DNA of 64,000 bases from Microgenomates bacterium OLB22 (GCA_001567515.1 LLEV01000010.1:6801-70800); one strand, 5' to 3'. Positions 19,157-30,535 are shown, counted from the stretch's first letter. Made by a program: numbers and translations. The notes: generated by a model from the sequence alone, not told the origin.

Positions 19157-20509
19157 ATGAAGCGAGTCCGCTTTTATTGGTGGCTGGCGCAGGCATTTGT
19201 CAAAAAGAATGCACGAATACTCTTAGCTAGTATGTTGGTGAGTTTCGTGAGCATGATAGTGCTCATGTCGCTATACCCTATTATCAATGCGTTTCTATTT
19301 AACAAAAAAGAGGTCACTGGTCTTGTGGGGGCATATACTAGTCAAAATCTTCCTGATGAGGTTTCTACGCTGCTCTCGTCACCACTTGTCCATGTCACTC
19401 CAAAGGGGGAGATCATCCCTATTGTTGCAGATTCCTGGGAGCTTTTTGAGGGTGAAAAGCGCTACCGTTTTCATCTAAAGAAAAATCTCAATTGGGATGA
19501 TGGCAAGGCATTTACGGCAAGGGATATTCATCTTAGACTTGAAGGTGTTGAGCTCAGTGTGATCGATGACTTTACCCTCGAATTTAAGCTTAGTGAGTCA
19601 CTAAACATCTTCCCTGTATATCTCACTAAACCACTTATTAGAGAACCACTAAGAGGAATTGGGGGACTATACCGGATCCAGAGTGTAAAGTTCTCCAAAG
19701 GCACCATTGACACTATCCACCTCTATCCCACAAAAAAGGATTTACCCTATCGTGTATTTCGCTTTTACAAAAATGAAAAGGACCTGATTACTGCATTCAA
19801 ACGTGGTGAGATTACGCGTTTTACGACCCTTACTCCTCAAGTCGCTCAGCAGTTTGCCCAGTGGAACAATACAGCAGTAAAGAAAGACGTCGACTACACG
19901 CGTTACATGACATTATTTCTCAACACCTCAGCCCCATCATTTGAGACGAGGGATGCTCGAAAGGCTGTTGCCTATGCGCTCCCGGATCTACGTGACTTTG
20001 GACAGCCGGGTATTGGGCCGATACCGCCAGTTTCCTGGGCTTTTTACTCTACAGTAAAGCAATATCCCCGAGATCTCAAAAAGGCTAAAGACCTTATTGC
20101 TGCTGAGGTAAAGCAGGGTTCTTCATCTGCTGGACTGACCCTGTATTCTTTTTACGATTATGGAGACGTAGCAGAGCAGATAAAGTCGGCCTTGGAAGCT
20201 GCCGGGGCTAAGATAGATCTACGACTTGTTTCCTATATACCTGACACATTTGATCTATTTCTTACTATCTGGGATGTGCCAGATGATCCTGATCAGTATT
20301 TTTTGTGGCACTCTACTCAAGCATCTTCTCCAACAAACATTTCCCATTTTAAAAATGCAAAGATTGACCAGCTGCTGGAAAATGGACGAAAAAATGTAAA
20401 TGTGCAGCAACGTAAGCTCATCTATAAGGAGTTTCAGGAATTGATGAATGAGGAGCTCCCAGCCTACTTCCTCTATCATCCATATGTGTATACGGTGGGG
20501 AGAAAATGA
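19157..20509 (+). CDS. ABC transporter substrate-binding protein, family 5 (peptide/nickel type)
   Basis: N-terminal anchor, and size and motifs (WDDGKAFTARD, DPDQYFLWHS) of SBP_bac_5. Confidence 0.7.
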   Translation: MKRVRFYWWLAQAFVKKNARILLASMLVSFVSMIVLMSLYPIINAFLFNKKEVTGLVGAYTSQNLPDEVSTLLSSPLVHVTPKGEIIPIVADSWELFEGEKRYRFHLKKNLNWDDGKAFTARDIHLRLEGVELSVIDDFTLEFKLSESLNIFPVYLTKPLIREPLRGIGGLYRIQSVKFSKGTIDTIHLYPTKKDLPYRVFRFYKNEKDLITAFKRGEITRFTTLTPQVAQQFAQWNNTAVKKDVDYTRYMTLFLNTSAPSFETRDARKAVAYALPDLRDFGQPGIGPIPPVSWAFYSTVKQYPRDLKKAKDLIAAEVKQGSSSAGLTLYSFYDYGDVAEQIKSALEAAGAKIDLRLVSYIPDTFDLFLTIWDVPDDPDQYFLWHSTQASSPTNISHFKNAKIDQLLENGRKNVNVQQRKLIYKEFQELMNEELPAYFLYHPYVYTVGRK

Positions 20510-20564
20510 AGAGAGATATAATTTCGAGTGTCAAATCTCTAATCAAATTTCAGACACTAGATGC

Positions 20565-20646
20565 GTCATTTTCATCCCGCCTTGGCGGGAGAAGAATCTG
20601 GTTAAAGAGACTTCTCAGCAAGATACTTCACTCCTATCAGAGTGAC
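20565..20646. repeat. GTCAT..CTGA / TCAG..TGAC palindromic intergenic element, copy 1
   Basis: gtcattttcatcccgccttggcgggagaagaatct...agatacttcactcctatcagagtgac. Confidence 0.7.
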
Positions 20647-20799
20647 CCGCTCAAAGCGCAAGCACGTGGTTTTGATCTTTGAATTTTTTGTCTTAAAGCT
20701 TTGTCGTAATTAGGATCTTTCTAGAGTCAAGAATGCTTAGTCTGACAGCTAGCGCAAATTTGAAAATAATCCCTTTTTCTATTCCGCTATAATGAATGC

Positions 20800-22651
20800 A
20801 TGCGCTGGATTTGTCGATGTATTGTTTTTCTCTTCTTTACTAGCTTTGTTTACTTTCCTCCTGCAGCAAAGGCTGCCTTTTATGACGTCTCATACGACCT
20901 CACATATCGTATTCAAGAGGATCTAAGTACTATCAAAGCCGAACTAGGTGTCCTCATCACCCAGGATAGGCCTGACCTTTATGTCTCGACATTTAAGCTG
21001 TCTTTCCCAGCTCATGTTGATATTGAGGACATCACGGCAGAATCACGCTCCGGGCCTGTTAATTTTCAGAAGGAAAAAGTAGGAGATACCTATGAATTGT
21101 CATTTACTTTTACTCAGCCACCAATTGGGACAAATACAGTCAATGACTTGACAATTCGCTATACCCAGAGAAATGTCATACGCAAGACCGGGAGGATAGT
21201 TGAGGGGCTATTGCCGATTTTGTATAAAGAAGGCGAAGCACCTATTACGTTTCGGCTAGTCAGACCAATCTCCATGAAGGAGCCACTGTCTATAGCTAAG
21301 CCTCGTCCAAGCGCTATCGACCTTAATACCCTTACATGGGATAGCTTAACTACGAACACCGTCTATGTCGCATTTGGTGAGAGCCAAAACTATGCTCTCG
21401 ACCTGAAGTATAGATTGAAAAATCCTGGAATCACGCCTGTCCTGATGGATATTGCACTTCCTCCTGATACGTTATATCAGCAGACAATATTGCAGTCACT
21501 AGATCCTAAGCCCAAAAAAATTTTACATAGATATCGATGGAAACTACCTAGCCCAGTATGAGTTAGGTCCCTTTGCCAATATCCCCATACGATATCGAGG
21601 TCAGGTAACTCTTTATGCAAAGCCACGAACAGAGATGTTGGGGTACGTTCGTGGGGCCATAGCACAGCAGAAATCATATCTGCTTAGTGCACGGCCCGCA
21701 TGGCAGCTCGGTGGGTATGTAGGAAATTCAAACATCTCAGCACTCCATACGGTAAAAGATATCTATGATTTTACGACAAATCACCTCACCTACTCTCTAA
21801 ACAGGATCTCAGACGGCTTCACACGGCTTGGTGCTCAAAAGGCTCTTTCGAGTCCGGAAGAGGCTGTCTGTACGGAGTATGCAGATGTTTTTGTTGCTCT
21901 AGCCCGTGAGAAAGGAATCTATGCACGTGAGATCGAGGGTTATGCTTATGCATTTGACCCACAACTGCAGCCTCTTTCGTTACGCACTGATGTGCTACAT
22001 GCATGGCCTGAGTTCTACGACAACGCGCGCCAGACATGGCTTCCTGTAGACCCCACATGGCAAGATACCTCTGGCATCGATTATTTTAGCGCTATGGACT
22101 TTAGCCACATTGTATTTGCGATACATGGTAAAGACGACACGTATCCATTGCCCGCCGGGAGCTATAAGTATGAAGACTCGATAGATGTCCAAGTCACTCC
22201 TACCAGCAAGACATTACCACAGACGAAGTCAGTTGAAGTACAAGCCGATCTGCCAATGATACTATCCCAGGGTAAAAAATATACTGCCATGTTGAGCATA
22301 AGAAATAGTGGAAATGTCTTCCTCCATGATCTTTCTCTCACTGCCTATTCGCAAGGGGTGAGCATCCAGTTTTCTGAGCCAGTTATAGCCTTACTTGCCC
22401 CTGGCCAAGTGGCCCAAGTCCCGTTGGAGGTATCCTCGACCCATATTGGGAAAAAGGATATCACTATCCAAGTGGGAGGTATGTACGACAAAACCATAAG
22501 TGTTACGTTTCAACAAAGTTGGAAAGCTCTTCTTCTCCCCGGCAGTATTGGTATACTTGTACTACTTTTAGTCGCAGTACTTACAGCATTGCGTCGTCAT
22601 ACTCACCACCATGATCACAAGAGAGCACATACAAGACATCCCTCTAAATAG
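20800..22651 (+). CDS. transglutaminase-like domain surface protein, interrupted by a frameshift in A7 (21514-21520)
   Basis: Signal peptide. Cys-His-Asp core (CTEYADVF, HAWPEFY, VDPTW). C-terminal TM segment and a His-rich tail. The two ORFs join across the A run. Confidence 0.8.
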
Positions 22652-23909
22652 CGGAATATACATCTTCAAAAAGGGAGGTGTGCCAATCTATATTGGCAAA
22701 TCCATTAGTCTGAAAGCTCGAGTAGCTTCACATATCCAAGCAGCAGCCTTGATACAAAAAGAACGCGCCATCGTGCATGAGGCTGATACGATCGAATATC
22801 AAGTAACACTTACTGATTTTGATGCTATCACACTGGAGGCGCATTTGATTCGGCAGCATAAGCCACGTTACAACGTGATATGGAAGGATGACAAGAAATT
22901 CCTCTACATCAAGATAACTAAAAAAGATAACTATCCGAAAATTATTCTAACTCGCGCTGAAGATGATGGGTCGTCTCTCTACTTTGGCCCCTTCCAATCG
23001 ATGAGAGTTGCTGAGTCGGTGCTCAAGCTGATCCGACATGTTGTCCCCTTTTGTACACAACAGTATATAGGTAATCGGGCGTGTTTTTATGCTAAGCTAG
23101 GACTCTGCTCCCCTTGTCCATCTGTAGTTAGTCATTTGGGTGAAGCTGAAGAGAGGATGGCGCGTCGTCTCTACCGTCGAAATATCCGACGTGTAATCAC
23201 TATATTGTCTGGTAATCATTTATTAGTCACAAGTGAGCTTCAAAAAGAGTTAAAGCGGTATACAGATGCACAGGATTTTGAAAATGCTATACGCATAAGA
23301 GATAGACTCAAGAGACTGAATCATCTACTATACTATCGCCGGTTTCATAGTCCTAATGACTTTCTGCATGAAGATACGGTTGATCTGCGTCCTGAACTAC
23401 AAGAATTTGTACGGGAGCATTTTGCTGAGACGGTTGATGTCTCAGACTATCGAATAGAATGTTATGATCAAAGCACTTTACAGTTTGGGCAATCAGTTGG
23501 ATCAATGGTAGTCTACAGAGATGGCATGTTTGAGAAAAAGTCATATCGACGATTTCGAATTACGATGGGACAAGAGGCTTCGGACTTTGACATGCTTCGT
23601 GACACCCTTATGCGGCGGCTGAAGAGACATCTCAAGGACTGGGGGACCCCTACTCTCATCATTTTGGATGGAGGACGCCCACAACTCCACGTTGGGCAGC
23701 AGGTGTTGGAGCAACTTGGCCTCCTAATACCTATGGTAGGACTAGCCAAAAATCCAGATCGACTCATCATCCCCGGAGTGAAAAAGCCTATTGCATTGAC
23801 AAACACTACTGCTCTATACAGGGTGTTTCAGGCACTGCGAGACGAATCACATCGTTTTGCGAATAAATATCATGTGTTACTAAGGAAGAAAAAAGCGAAG
23901 ATAGGTTGA
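22611..23909 (+). CDS. uvrC: excinuclease ABC subunit C (short form)
   Basis: GIY-YIG N-terminus (SGIYIFKKGGVPIYIGKS), a UVR-like helix, and an endonuclease domain with ESHRFA. Confidence 0.85.
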   Translation: MITREHIQDIPLNSGIYIFKKGGVPIYIGKSISLKARVASHIQAAALIQKERAIVHEADTIEYQVTLTDFDAITLEAHLIRQHKPRYNVIWKDDKKFLYIKITKKDNYPKIILTRAEDDGSSLYFGPFQSMRVAESVLKLIRHVVPFCTQQYIGNRACFYAKLGLCSPCPSVVSHLGEAEERMARRLYRRNIRRVITILSGNHLLVTSELQKELKRYTDAQDFENAIRIRDRLKRLNHLLYYRRFHSPNDFLHEDTVDLRPELQEFVREHFAETVDVSDYRIECYDQSTLQFGQSVGSMVVYRDGMFEKKSYRRFRITMGQEASDFDMLRDTLMRRLKRHLKDWGTPTLIILDGGRPQLHVGQQVLEQLGLLIPMVGLAKNPDRLIIPGVKKPIALTNTTALYRVFQALRDESHRFANKYHVLLRKKKAKIG

Positions 23910-24264
23910 ATTAAGGCTAAAATCAAAGGTCAATCTGCTGCTAGCAAATCAAAACGAAATTAAAACGTAAAAGCTCACGAATCCTGAAAGTCTAAGAGTT
24001 GTAATCCTAAATGTACGTCTCATTCCGTAGTGTTTGCGTAGAAGGATCTCAGGATCTTTCGTTTGACTTTATTGTTACATAAGGCGTCGTTTTGATCCCG
24101 GATTAACGGGTAAAAAGACTAACTACAAGTCCTTCTTTTATCAGATCTTTCTTCCGTGAAAGCGGGATCAGGATGACAAATGGACTAACAAGATTGCCTT
24201 AAAGCCTATAATATGATATACTTGTAGTGTTCTCTACTATTCACACACAAAAGGAGTCTGGGAC

Positions 24265-24663
24265 ATGAGTTCGTGGAGATTTCCTGCTCTTGTTTTTGCC
24301 CTGGCCGGAGCCCTCGTCTTTCTCATTTACAGAGCAAGTGTTAATGGCACCCACAGCTCCAATGCCAGTGACTCAAATGGTATTGGCGTGATGGTTTCGA
24401 AGCATTCGTCTGTGACCGAGCCGTATGACTTCGGTTACGTGACAGATTTTCCGAGCGCATCGTATCTATATATCGAGTTCGGACGCGATGGGGGCCCTAT
24501 GTCACAGCGAGAGAGATTGGCTCAGTTGATCTCTATGCTGCTGGACTGGCAGAAGGTAAACCCAGACAAGCTGGTTATCAGCACTTCATTTATTGCTGGC
24601 TCGGATCCCTATGGTCATAGGACATGGAGCAGTGGGCTCTTTGTCACCTACCAGACGCGCTGA
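24265..24663 (+). CDS. hypothetical membrane-anchored protein
   Basis: AAGGAG SD site and an N-terminal TM segment. Confidence 0.55.
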   Translation: MSSWRFPALVFALAGALVFLIYRASVNGTHSSNASDSNGIGVMVSKHSSVTEPYDFGYVTDFPSASYLYIEFGRDGGPMSQRERLAQLISMLLDWQKVNPDKLVISTSFIAGSDPYGHRTWSSGLFVTYQTR

Positions 24664-24669
24664 ACATAT

Positions 24670-24712
24670 CCCTGTAGTGAGCTGATCATCAACTTGCTAC
24701 AGGGTTTTTTTT
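24670..24712 (+). terminator. rho-independent terminator
   Basis: Stem ccctgtag/ctacaggg followed by T8. Confidence 0.8.
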
Positions 24713-24883
24713 GAATCAACTTCACACACCTTCGAGGTGTGGCACACCTCGAAGGTGTGGTAACAAGGTCCCTTTAGATCCAAGGATTTGACGGAATTTT
24801 ACATTCTCCCGACTACAGATCTATTGACACATGTCTTATAGTCTGTTATGATTAGTTATTGGCCTTCACCAAAGGAGTGAAAC

Positions 24884-25186
24884 GTGCTCAGTCGAAAGCT
24901 CGGAGCAATTCTCTTAGCTATAGTTGTTGGTGCCTCACTCATCAAGATGACACCGTCAAATGCCAAACCTGTTGAGGCTGGCGCTCCCTGCTCTGGTGTA
25001 GTAGAGTTTGCTGTCTCTGGTAATTCGCCCGGCGGCCTGCTCAAAAATGAGATTGCTACATGGCTGTCCATGCGTCCTGAGTACATTGTGGACAGCACAA
25101 TCCAGCTTTATAAATGGAGTTACGCCTATAGCATTGATAGGCCTGTTAGCATACTCGTTTTTTATCATGTGGCTGATTGCGATTAA
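24884..25186 (+). CDS. hypothetical secreted protein
   Basis: GTG start after AAAGGAG, and a signal-like N-terminus. Confidence 0.5.
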   Translation: MLSRKLGAILLAIVVGASLIKMTPSNAKPVEAGAPCSGVVEFAVSGNSPGGLLKNEIATWLSMRPEYIVDSTIQLYKWSYAYSIDRPVSILVFYHVADCD

Positions 25187-25195
25187 CTCATCTTG

Positions 25196-25224
25196 CGACG
25201 TGTAACACCACGTCGTTTTTTTTT
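25196..25224 (+). terminator. rho-independent terminator
   Basis: Stem cgacgtg/cacgtcg followed by T9. Confidence 0.85.
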
Positions 25225-25258
25225 CTGCTTATACTACAAAAAAGAAAAAAAGAGTTTT

Positions 25259-25342
25259 GTCATCCTGACTCCGATCTGGCGGGAGAAGGATCTAGCAACG
25301 AAGTGCATTTAACTAGATACTTCGCTAATCTCACAGAATGAC
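25259..25342. repeat. palindromic intergenic element, copy 2
   Basis: gtcatcctgactccgatctggcgggagaaggatctag...ctagatacttcgctaatctcacagaatgac. Confidence 0.75.
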
Positions 25343-25552
25343 GTGGTTTCAACAGACCTTGTTGTCATATGTATTAGGAATCCCTGTTTCTGCAGTCACA
25401 ATGCTCTAGAAGTCCGAGGAGACAGATTTGCATGCTTTACTTTGATAATTGGGGTCTGTTTAGAGTTTAGTCCGTTGGTCGACAGATTAGGATTTAGGAT
25501 CTTTTTAACACTGTTTGTATCTTGGAAATGGTACTAGCTACTTTTGCTATCT

Positions 25553-28432
25553 CTACTGCCTTATTTTCTTCAAATAATCCCCCGTGTAGGAATCTTTCAC
25601 GTCATAGATGCCCTCTAGTGGGCCCTGGTAGAGCACCTTACCACCTCTTGATCCGCCTTCTGGTCCCATATCGATTATGTATTGAGCATGTTCTACGAAC
25701 TCAAGATTATGCTCAATTACTACTATTGTACTCCCCTGATCTACTAGCCGATAGAGGGCATTAAGGAGTTTCTCGACATCATATAGATGTAGTCCTGTAG
25801 TTGGTTCATCGAGGATATAGACCGTCTTGCCTGTATTTTTCTTGGAAAGTTCATGAGCAAGCTTGATGCGTTGTGCTTCCCCTCCAGAGAGCGTAGGTGC
25901 CGGTTGTCCTAGCTCTATATAGCCTAGGCCAACATCAAGAAGAGTCTGAAGCTTTTGTTTGATAGGTGAATAAGCATCAAAAAAAGAAACAGCCTCCTCA
26001 ACTGTCATGCAAAGAATGTCATAAATAGACTTATCTTTATACCGTACTTCAAGTGTTTCGACGTTGTACCTCTTTCCCTGACACACGTCGCAGGTAACAT
26101 AGACGTCTGGAAGAAATTGCATCTCTATCTTGATCGTCCCGCCCCCCTGGCACTTTTCGCACCGGCCCCCCTTGACATTAAATGAAAATCTTCCCTTTCC
26201 ATAGCCTCGAATCTTTGCATCTTGTGTAGTAGAAAAGATATCTCGTATGTAGTCAAAAACACCGATATACGTTGCCGGATTAGAACGAGGGGTCTTACCT
26301 ATAGGACTCTGATCTACTAGATAAACTTTGTCTATATATTCCTGTCCAGTCATACGCTCATACATTCCCATTGTGCCTTTGTGCCAGCCCTCAGCATGCG
26401 CTCTCAGGGCTTTGTAGAGTGTCTCAACAATCAGTGTCGATTTACCCGACCCTGATACACCTGTAACACAGGTAAGCCTATTGAGGGGGAAAGAGACAGT
26501 AACTCCCTTGAGGTTAAACTGTGAACAATTGGTGAGTGTTATCATTGGCGTCGAAACTTTCTTAGACTCATCCTCAGCTGCCAATTTTTGGATCGACATC
26601 TTTTGTTGAAAAAGGTACTTTGCAGTAAGGGTATCACTTTGGGCAAAATCCCTTAGATTCCCGGCAAAGGTCACCTGGCCACCATGCTTGCCGGCCTTTG
26701 GTCCGAAGTCGATGATAAAGTCTGCAGCTCGTATCGTGTCGGTATCGTGCTCAACAACCACTATCGTGTTCCCTAGGTTCTTTAGATGCTGCAAAGAATC
26801 GATAAGAGCCGATACGTCTCGGGTGTGAAGCCCTATAGAAGGCTCATCTAGCACGTAGATCACACCGGACAAACCACTTCCTATCTGAGAGGCGAGGCGA
26901 ATTCGCTGTGACTCACCCCCGGAAAGTGTTCCAGCAGATCTATTAAGTGTCAGATACCCAAGCCCTACATTTTTCAAAAAAGTCAGGCGAGCCGTTATTT
27001 CTCGCAATATGACATGCGCTACCTCTTTTTCAAATGCTGTAAGCTTTTTTTTCTTCATTTCAATAGCCATGAGCAATACTTCTATCGGATGTTCACACAT
27101 GGTGATGATATCTTCGTCCCAAAGGAGGATAGATAAGACTTCTTTTTTGAGTCTCCTTCCTTGGCAACGCGGACACGTCTCTTCATTCATGTATCTCTCT
27201 ATCTCCATGCGCGTATACTCTGACTGCGATGTATTGTATTGCTTTTCTAGTTCTCCGATGACTCCGTGGAATTCTTCCAGAATCATGGTCTCCTTACCAA
27301 ATCTATTTTTGCCAAGTACGCGATATTTCTTACCGGATCCATAGAGTAGGATCTCAAGCATTTTCTCAGAGACTTCGGAGAGACGGACATTAGTCGGTAT
27401 CTCCTCCTCTTCAAGAAATGTCATAAAGGTCCGGGTAAACCATGTGTTTTTCAAAAATATTTTGTTGAATGGAAGCACGCCTCCCTCCATAATAGTGAGA
27501 TTACTGTTGAGGACAAGTCGCTGGTCGATAGTCTGGATATATCCCAGTCCTTTGCACGATTCACATGCCCCTAGGGGAGAGTTAAAGGAAAACATACGAG
27601 GCTCTATCTCAGGGAGCGAAAAACCACACACAGGACATGCGTAGTGCTGTGAAAAGAGCTGATCCTCGTCACCTCTACGGATGATGACAAGTCCGTCTGA
27701 GAGGGTGACTGCTTGTTCAACAGCCTGAAAAATGCGCGAAAAGATCTGCTTTGAAAACTCCTTATCTTTAAGCTGTGTTTGGTGCACTTGTACTGAGTCT
27801 ATGACGAGTTCAATACTGTGTTTGTTAGTCTTAATGAGGTTTATCTCATCATCGAGTGATCTCTCTTGTTTATCTACTATAACTGTCGAAAATCCTTTAG
27901 ACTGCAAGTTGGCAAAAAGTCCTGTGAACTCGCCTTTCTTTTCACGTACGATAGGTGACACTATCACTACTTTTCTGAGCGGTTCGGAAGAGCTTTTATT
28001 GAGATCCTCCATGATCACGCGGGTTATCTCATCTGCTGATAATTTACTGATACGTGTCCCGTCATGAGGACAATAAGGTGTAGCGATCTTAGCATATAGT
28101 AATCGAAGATAGTCATAAATCTCGGTAATAGTCCCTACTGTTGAGCGAGGATTGGAGGATCGAGTTTTTTGATCAATAGAAATTGCGGGAGAAAGTCCTT
28201 CTATAGAGTCTACATCCGGTTTGGACATTATTCCTAGGAATTGGCGAGCATATGATGAAAGAGATTCAACATATCTACGCTGTCCCTCCGCATATATAGT
28301 ATCAAAGGCCATTGATGATTTACCTGAGCCTGAAACTCCGGTAAAGAGCGTCAGTGTATTCTTAGGTATGGTTAAACTAACATCACGGAGATTATGCTCA
28401 CGAGCTCCTTTGACGATAATATCATCATTCAT
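25553..28432 (-). CDS. uvrA: excinuclease ABC subunit A
   Basis: Two ABC modules (GVSGSGKSS, GVSGSGKST, LSGGE x2) and zinc-finger Cys clusters. An extended -10 TGTATACT lies 8 nt before the ATG. Confidence 0.97.
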   Translation of the reverse strand: MNDDIIVKGAREHNLRDVSLTIPKNTLTLFTGVSGSGKSSMAFDTIYAEGQRRYVESLSSYARQFLGIMSKPDVDSIEGLSPAISIDQKTRSSNPRSTVGTITEIYDYLRLLYAKIATPYCPHDGTRISKLSADEITRVIMEDLNKSSSEPLRKVVIVSPIVREKKGEFTGLFANLQSKGFSTVIVDKQERSLDDEINLIKTNKHSIELVIDSVQVHQTQLKDKEFSKQIFSRIFQAVEQAVTLSDGLVIIRRGDEDQLFSQHYACPVCGFSLPEIEPRMFSFNSPLGACESCKGLGYIQTIDQRLVLNSNLTIMEGGVLPFNKIFLKNTWFTRTFMTFLEEEEIPTNVRLSEVSEKMLEILLYGSGKKYRVLGKNRFGKETMILEEFHGVIGELEKQYNTSQSEYTRMEIERYMNEETCPRCQGRRLKKEVLSILLWDEDIITMCEHPIEVLLMAIEMKKKKLTAFEKEVAHVILREITARLTFLKNVGLGYLTLNRSAGTLSGGESQRIRLASQIGSGLSGVIYVLDEPSIGLHTRDVSALIDSLQHLKNLGNTIVVVEHDTDTIRAADFIIDFGPKAGKHGGQVTFAGNLRDFAQSDTLTAKYLFQQKMSIQKLAAEDESKKVSTPMITLTNCSQFNLKGVTVSFPLNRLTCVTGVSGSGKSTLIVETLYKALRAHAEGWHKGTMGMYERMTGQEYIDKVYLVDQSPIGKTPRSNPATYIGVFDYIRDIFSTTQDAKIRGYGKGRFSFNVKGGRCEKCQGGGTIKIEMQFLPDVYVTCDVCQGKRYNVETLEVRYKDKSIYDILCMTVEEAVSFFDAYSPIKQKLQTLLDVGLGYIELGQPAPTLSGGEAQRIKLAHELSKKNTGKTVYILDEPTTGLHLYDVEKLLNALYRLVDQGSTIVVIEHNLEFVEHAQYIIDMGPEGGSRGGKVLYQGPLEGIYDVKDSYTGDYLKKIRQ

Positions 28433-28579
28433 AAACCCCAAGTATACACTAGAAAGCCATTTCTCTCAGCCCAGTGTGATAACAAAATGCACGTAGAGAT
28501 ATATCCCTATAGTTATTTCAGATCGGTCATGTATAATAGTAGCGCGCACCTTTTGGATACACATGCACAGGAGGGCAAG

Positions 28580-29281
28580 ATGACAACCGCTACTTTGGGC
28601 AGCTTTATCAGGCAAAAGAGAGTCGAGCGAAATCTCACTTCAACTGAATTGAGTACAGCTATAGGTAAGTCTAGTAGCTATATTAGTATGGTTGAACGTG
28701 GAGCAAATCCAAGTGAGAAGGCACTTCGCTCTATCGAGCGGGTACTGGGATGCTCTATCCCACGGACACTTCCGTGTAGGGCTATCAAGAATGCTGATGG
28801 AGAACCACGCTACCAGCTGGTGCGACGGACAACATTGGCACAGCAAATCACTCGAAGTCGCTTGAAGAAGCGTCTCTCTCAAGCTAAGGCTGCAGAGCTT
28901 GCGGGGCTTAGTATTTTTGTCTATCGAGAGATTGAAGTGGGGACGCGTACGCCGACACCAAAGCAAATGAGAGACATCTCGGGAGCACTTGACCTGGATC
29001 TGAGTAATGTGGAACCCCTGCCCCCTTATGTCCCTGTTAAAAAGCGTACTCAAGGTGCGGTTACCCAGGTACCATTTAGTGGTGGTCAGGGTGTTGAGAA
29101 GATGATTGTCATCGGATCGCAGACTATTATGGTCTCTGATGCTTGTTATAATGATATTCAAAGAATTTTGTTGATGTCTGATCTACAGAGCCCGCAGGCA
29201 GCCGTCGAGCGGTCTCTCATGATTATGCGTCGTATCCTTGAGCTGGCTGTCCCTCAGAAGCGAGCAAGTCTGGCTAGCTAA
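28580..29281 (+). CDS. tandem XRE-family HTH transcriptional regulator
   Basis: Two HTH_3-like units (LTSTELSTAIGKSSSYISMVERG; LSQAKAAELAGLSIFVYREIEVG). AGGAGGG SD site. Confidence 0.75.
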   Translation: MTTATLGSFIRQKRVERNLTSTELSTAIGKSSSYISMVERGANPSEKALRSIERVLGCSIPRTLPCRAIKNADGEPRYQLVRRTTLAQQITRSRLKKRLSQAKAAELAGLSIFVYREIEVGTRTPTPKQMRDISGALDLDLSNVEPLPPYVPVKKRTQGAVTQVPFSGGQGVEKMIVIGSQTIMVSDACYNDIQRILLMSDLQSPQAAVERSLMIMRRILELAVPQKRASLAS

Positions 29282-29315
29282 AGAGGCCTATCTACATTAG
29301 GTATAGTGATACGGA

Positions 29316-30137
29316 TCAATCCGTAATCACTATACCTTTTTTTTTTTTTTGGTTATCCCCCTTCCTTAATAGCGCAGGAATTAGACCTGCTATATCATCA
29401 AGTTCTCGTATACCTTGTATCTCACCTTTGTTTGCTCCTACCCATCGAGAGCGGATACGCAGGACTCGCTCATGTGGTATGCCTATTGCTAAAGCTGGAC
29501 GAATGTCTGAAGTCCAGCTATCACCCACAACATAGACACCTTGTGGAGTCTGATGCAACTCATCAAGCACATAGTTCCATGCAGCTTCATCTTTATGCAT
29601 ATGTGTCGGTATGCAAAAAATGCCAGCAAATGTGCCGAGTAGTTTGGCTGAACGCAGCTTACCCCATGTAAATTCTTCGGATGCATGGGTTACGAGAATG
29701 GGGTCAACTCCAGCACGGGCGATGGTTGAAAGCGTTTCTACAGCTCCATCGAAGACGATTGTGTCTTGCCCTTTGTAGAGCTGCATCATGGCATCTATAG
29801 CCTGGCACATCATTGGAGAATCAGGGTCCACCTCGTAGTGCTTTCCGGCAATACGAGCAGCAATCTGCATAATACTTGGGTGTATCCCAAATTCACCTCT
29901 AATTCCTTCTAAAATTTTTCTAAAACAGTCTTCTACGGTGCTTGGGTCAGTGCCATTGCCACTTAGCTCAGATAGTGTATCAGCAAAAGCTTTAATACTA
30001 GTGCCAAAAATATGTTGTGTATCAATCAAAGTATCATCAAAGTCAAACAACATGTGCTTTACTCCCTCCCTCTTAAATCTCTCAGTCAACCGTGCTTGTT
30101 CAAAGTGCTTTTGTTGACATGTCTCATGGTCAATCAT
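29316..30137 (-). CDS. HAD family hydrolase
   Basis: MLFDFDDTLIDT (DxDxT motif), followed later by VGDSWTSD. Confidence 0.8.
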   Translation of the reverse strand: MIDHETCQQKHFEQARLTERFKREGVKHMLFDFDDTLIDTQHIFGTSIKAFADTLSELSGNGTDPSTVEDCFRKILEGIRGEFGIHPSIMQIAARIAGKHYEVDPDSPMMCQAIDAMMQLYKGQDTIVFDGAVETLSTIARAGVDPILVTHASEEFTWGKLRSAKLLGTFAGIFCIPTHMHKDEAAWNYVLDELHQTPQGVYVVGDSWTSDIRPALAIGIPHERVLRIRSRWVGANKGEIQGIRELDDIAGLIPALLRKGDNQKKKKGIVITD

Positions 30138-30464
30138 TGAGGGAGTATAGCATAGCATTTAAGTCAAACGTCAGAAATTTAAAGAGATATATCAAGAGAA
30201 TCAGTTTGTCAGCCAAAGCTCTAAAAACTTAGTAGAATTGGGAGGTGTCCTAAAGGACACCTATGAAATTTGATACAAAATGCTTTTTCTATCGATGTTC
30301 ATTGAATACAATCGCTAGTTGAGACTTGTAGACTGGATATTACTCAAATATTATCATCTTGAACTAGGCCTATTATCATGTATACTTTCCCTCATTGGAA
30401 GACTGTTGTCTTCTCCTCTGCGCAGGGAGGTCACCGACTCACCTCGGTGGCCTCCCGCAGATGG

Positions 30465-30535
30465 GCACTCTTAGCTCAATAGGTAGAGCGCTCCGCAAGG
30501 TGGGGAGAGTGTAGGTTCGAGGCCTACAGAGTGCA
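30465..30535 (+). tRNA. tRNA-like gene with a non-canonical anticodon arm (identity undetermined)
   Basis: Perfect 7-bp acceptor gcactct/agagtgc, a normal D arm, and T arm gtagg-ttcgagg-cctac. The 17 nt ctccgcaaggtggggag cannot form a 5-7-5 arm with U33. Confidence 0.5.

Noticed and set aside
25553-28496. Plus-strand ORFs (27009-27344, 27444-27644, 27732-28067, 28221-28496) antisense to uvrA. Similar shadow ORFs lie opposite ruvB, topA, gpmI, uvrB and the SBP gene.
   Set aside because: They lie entirely within strongly supported genes on the other strand and have no motifs or translation signals.
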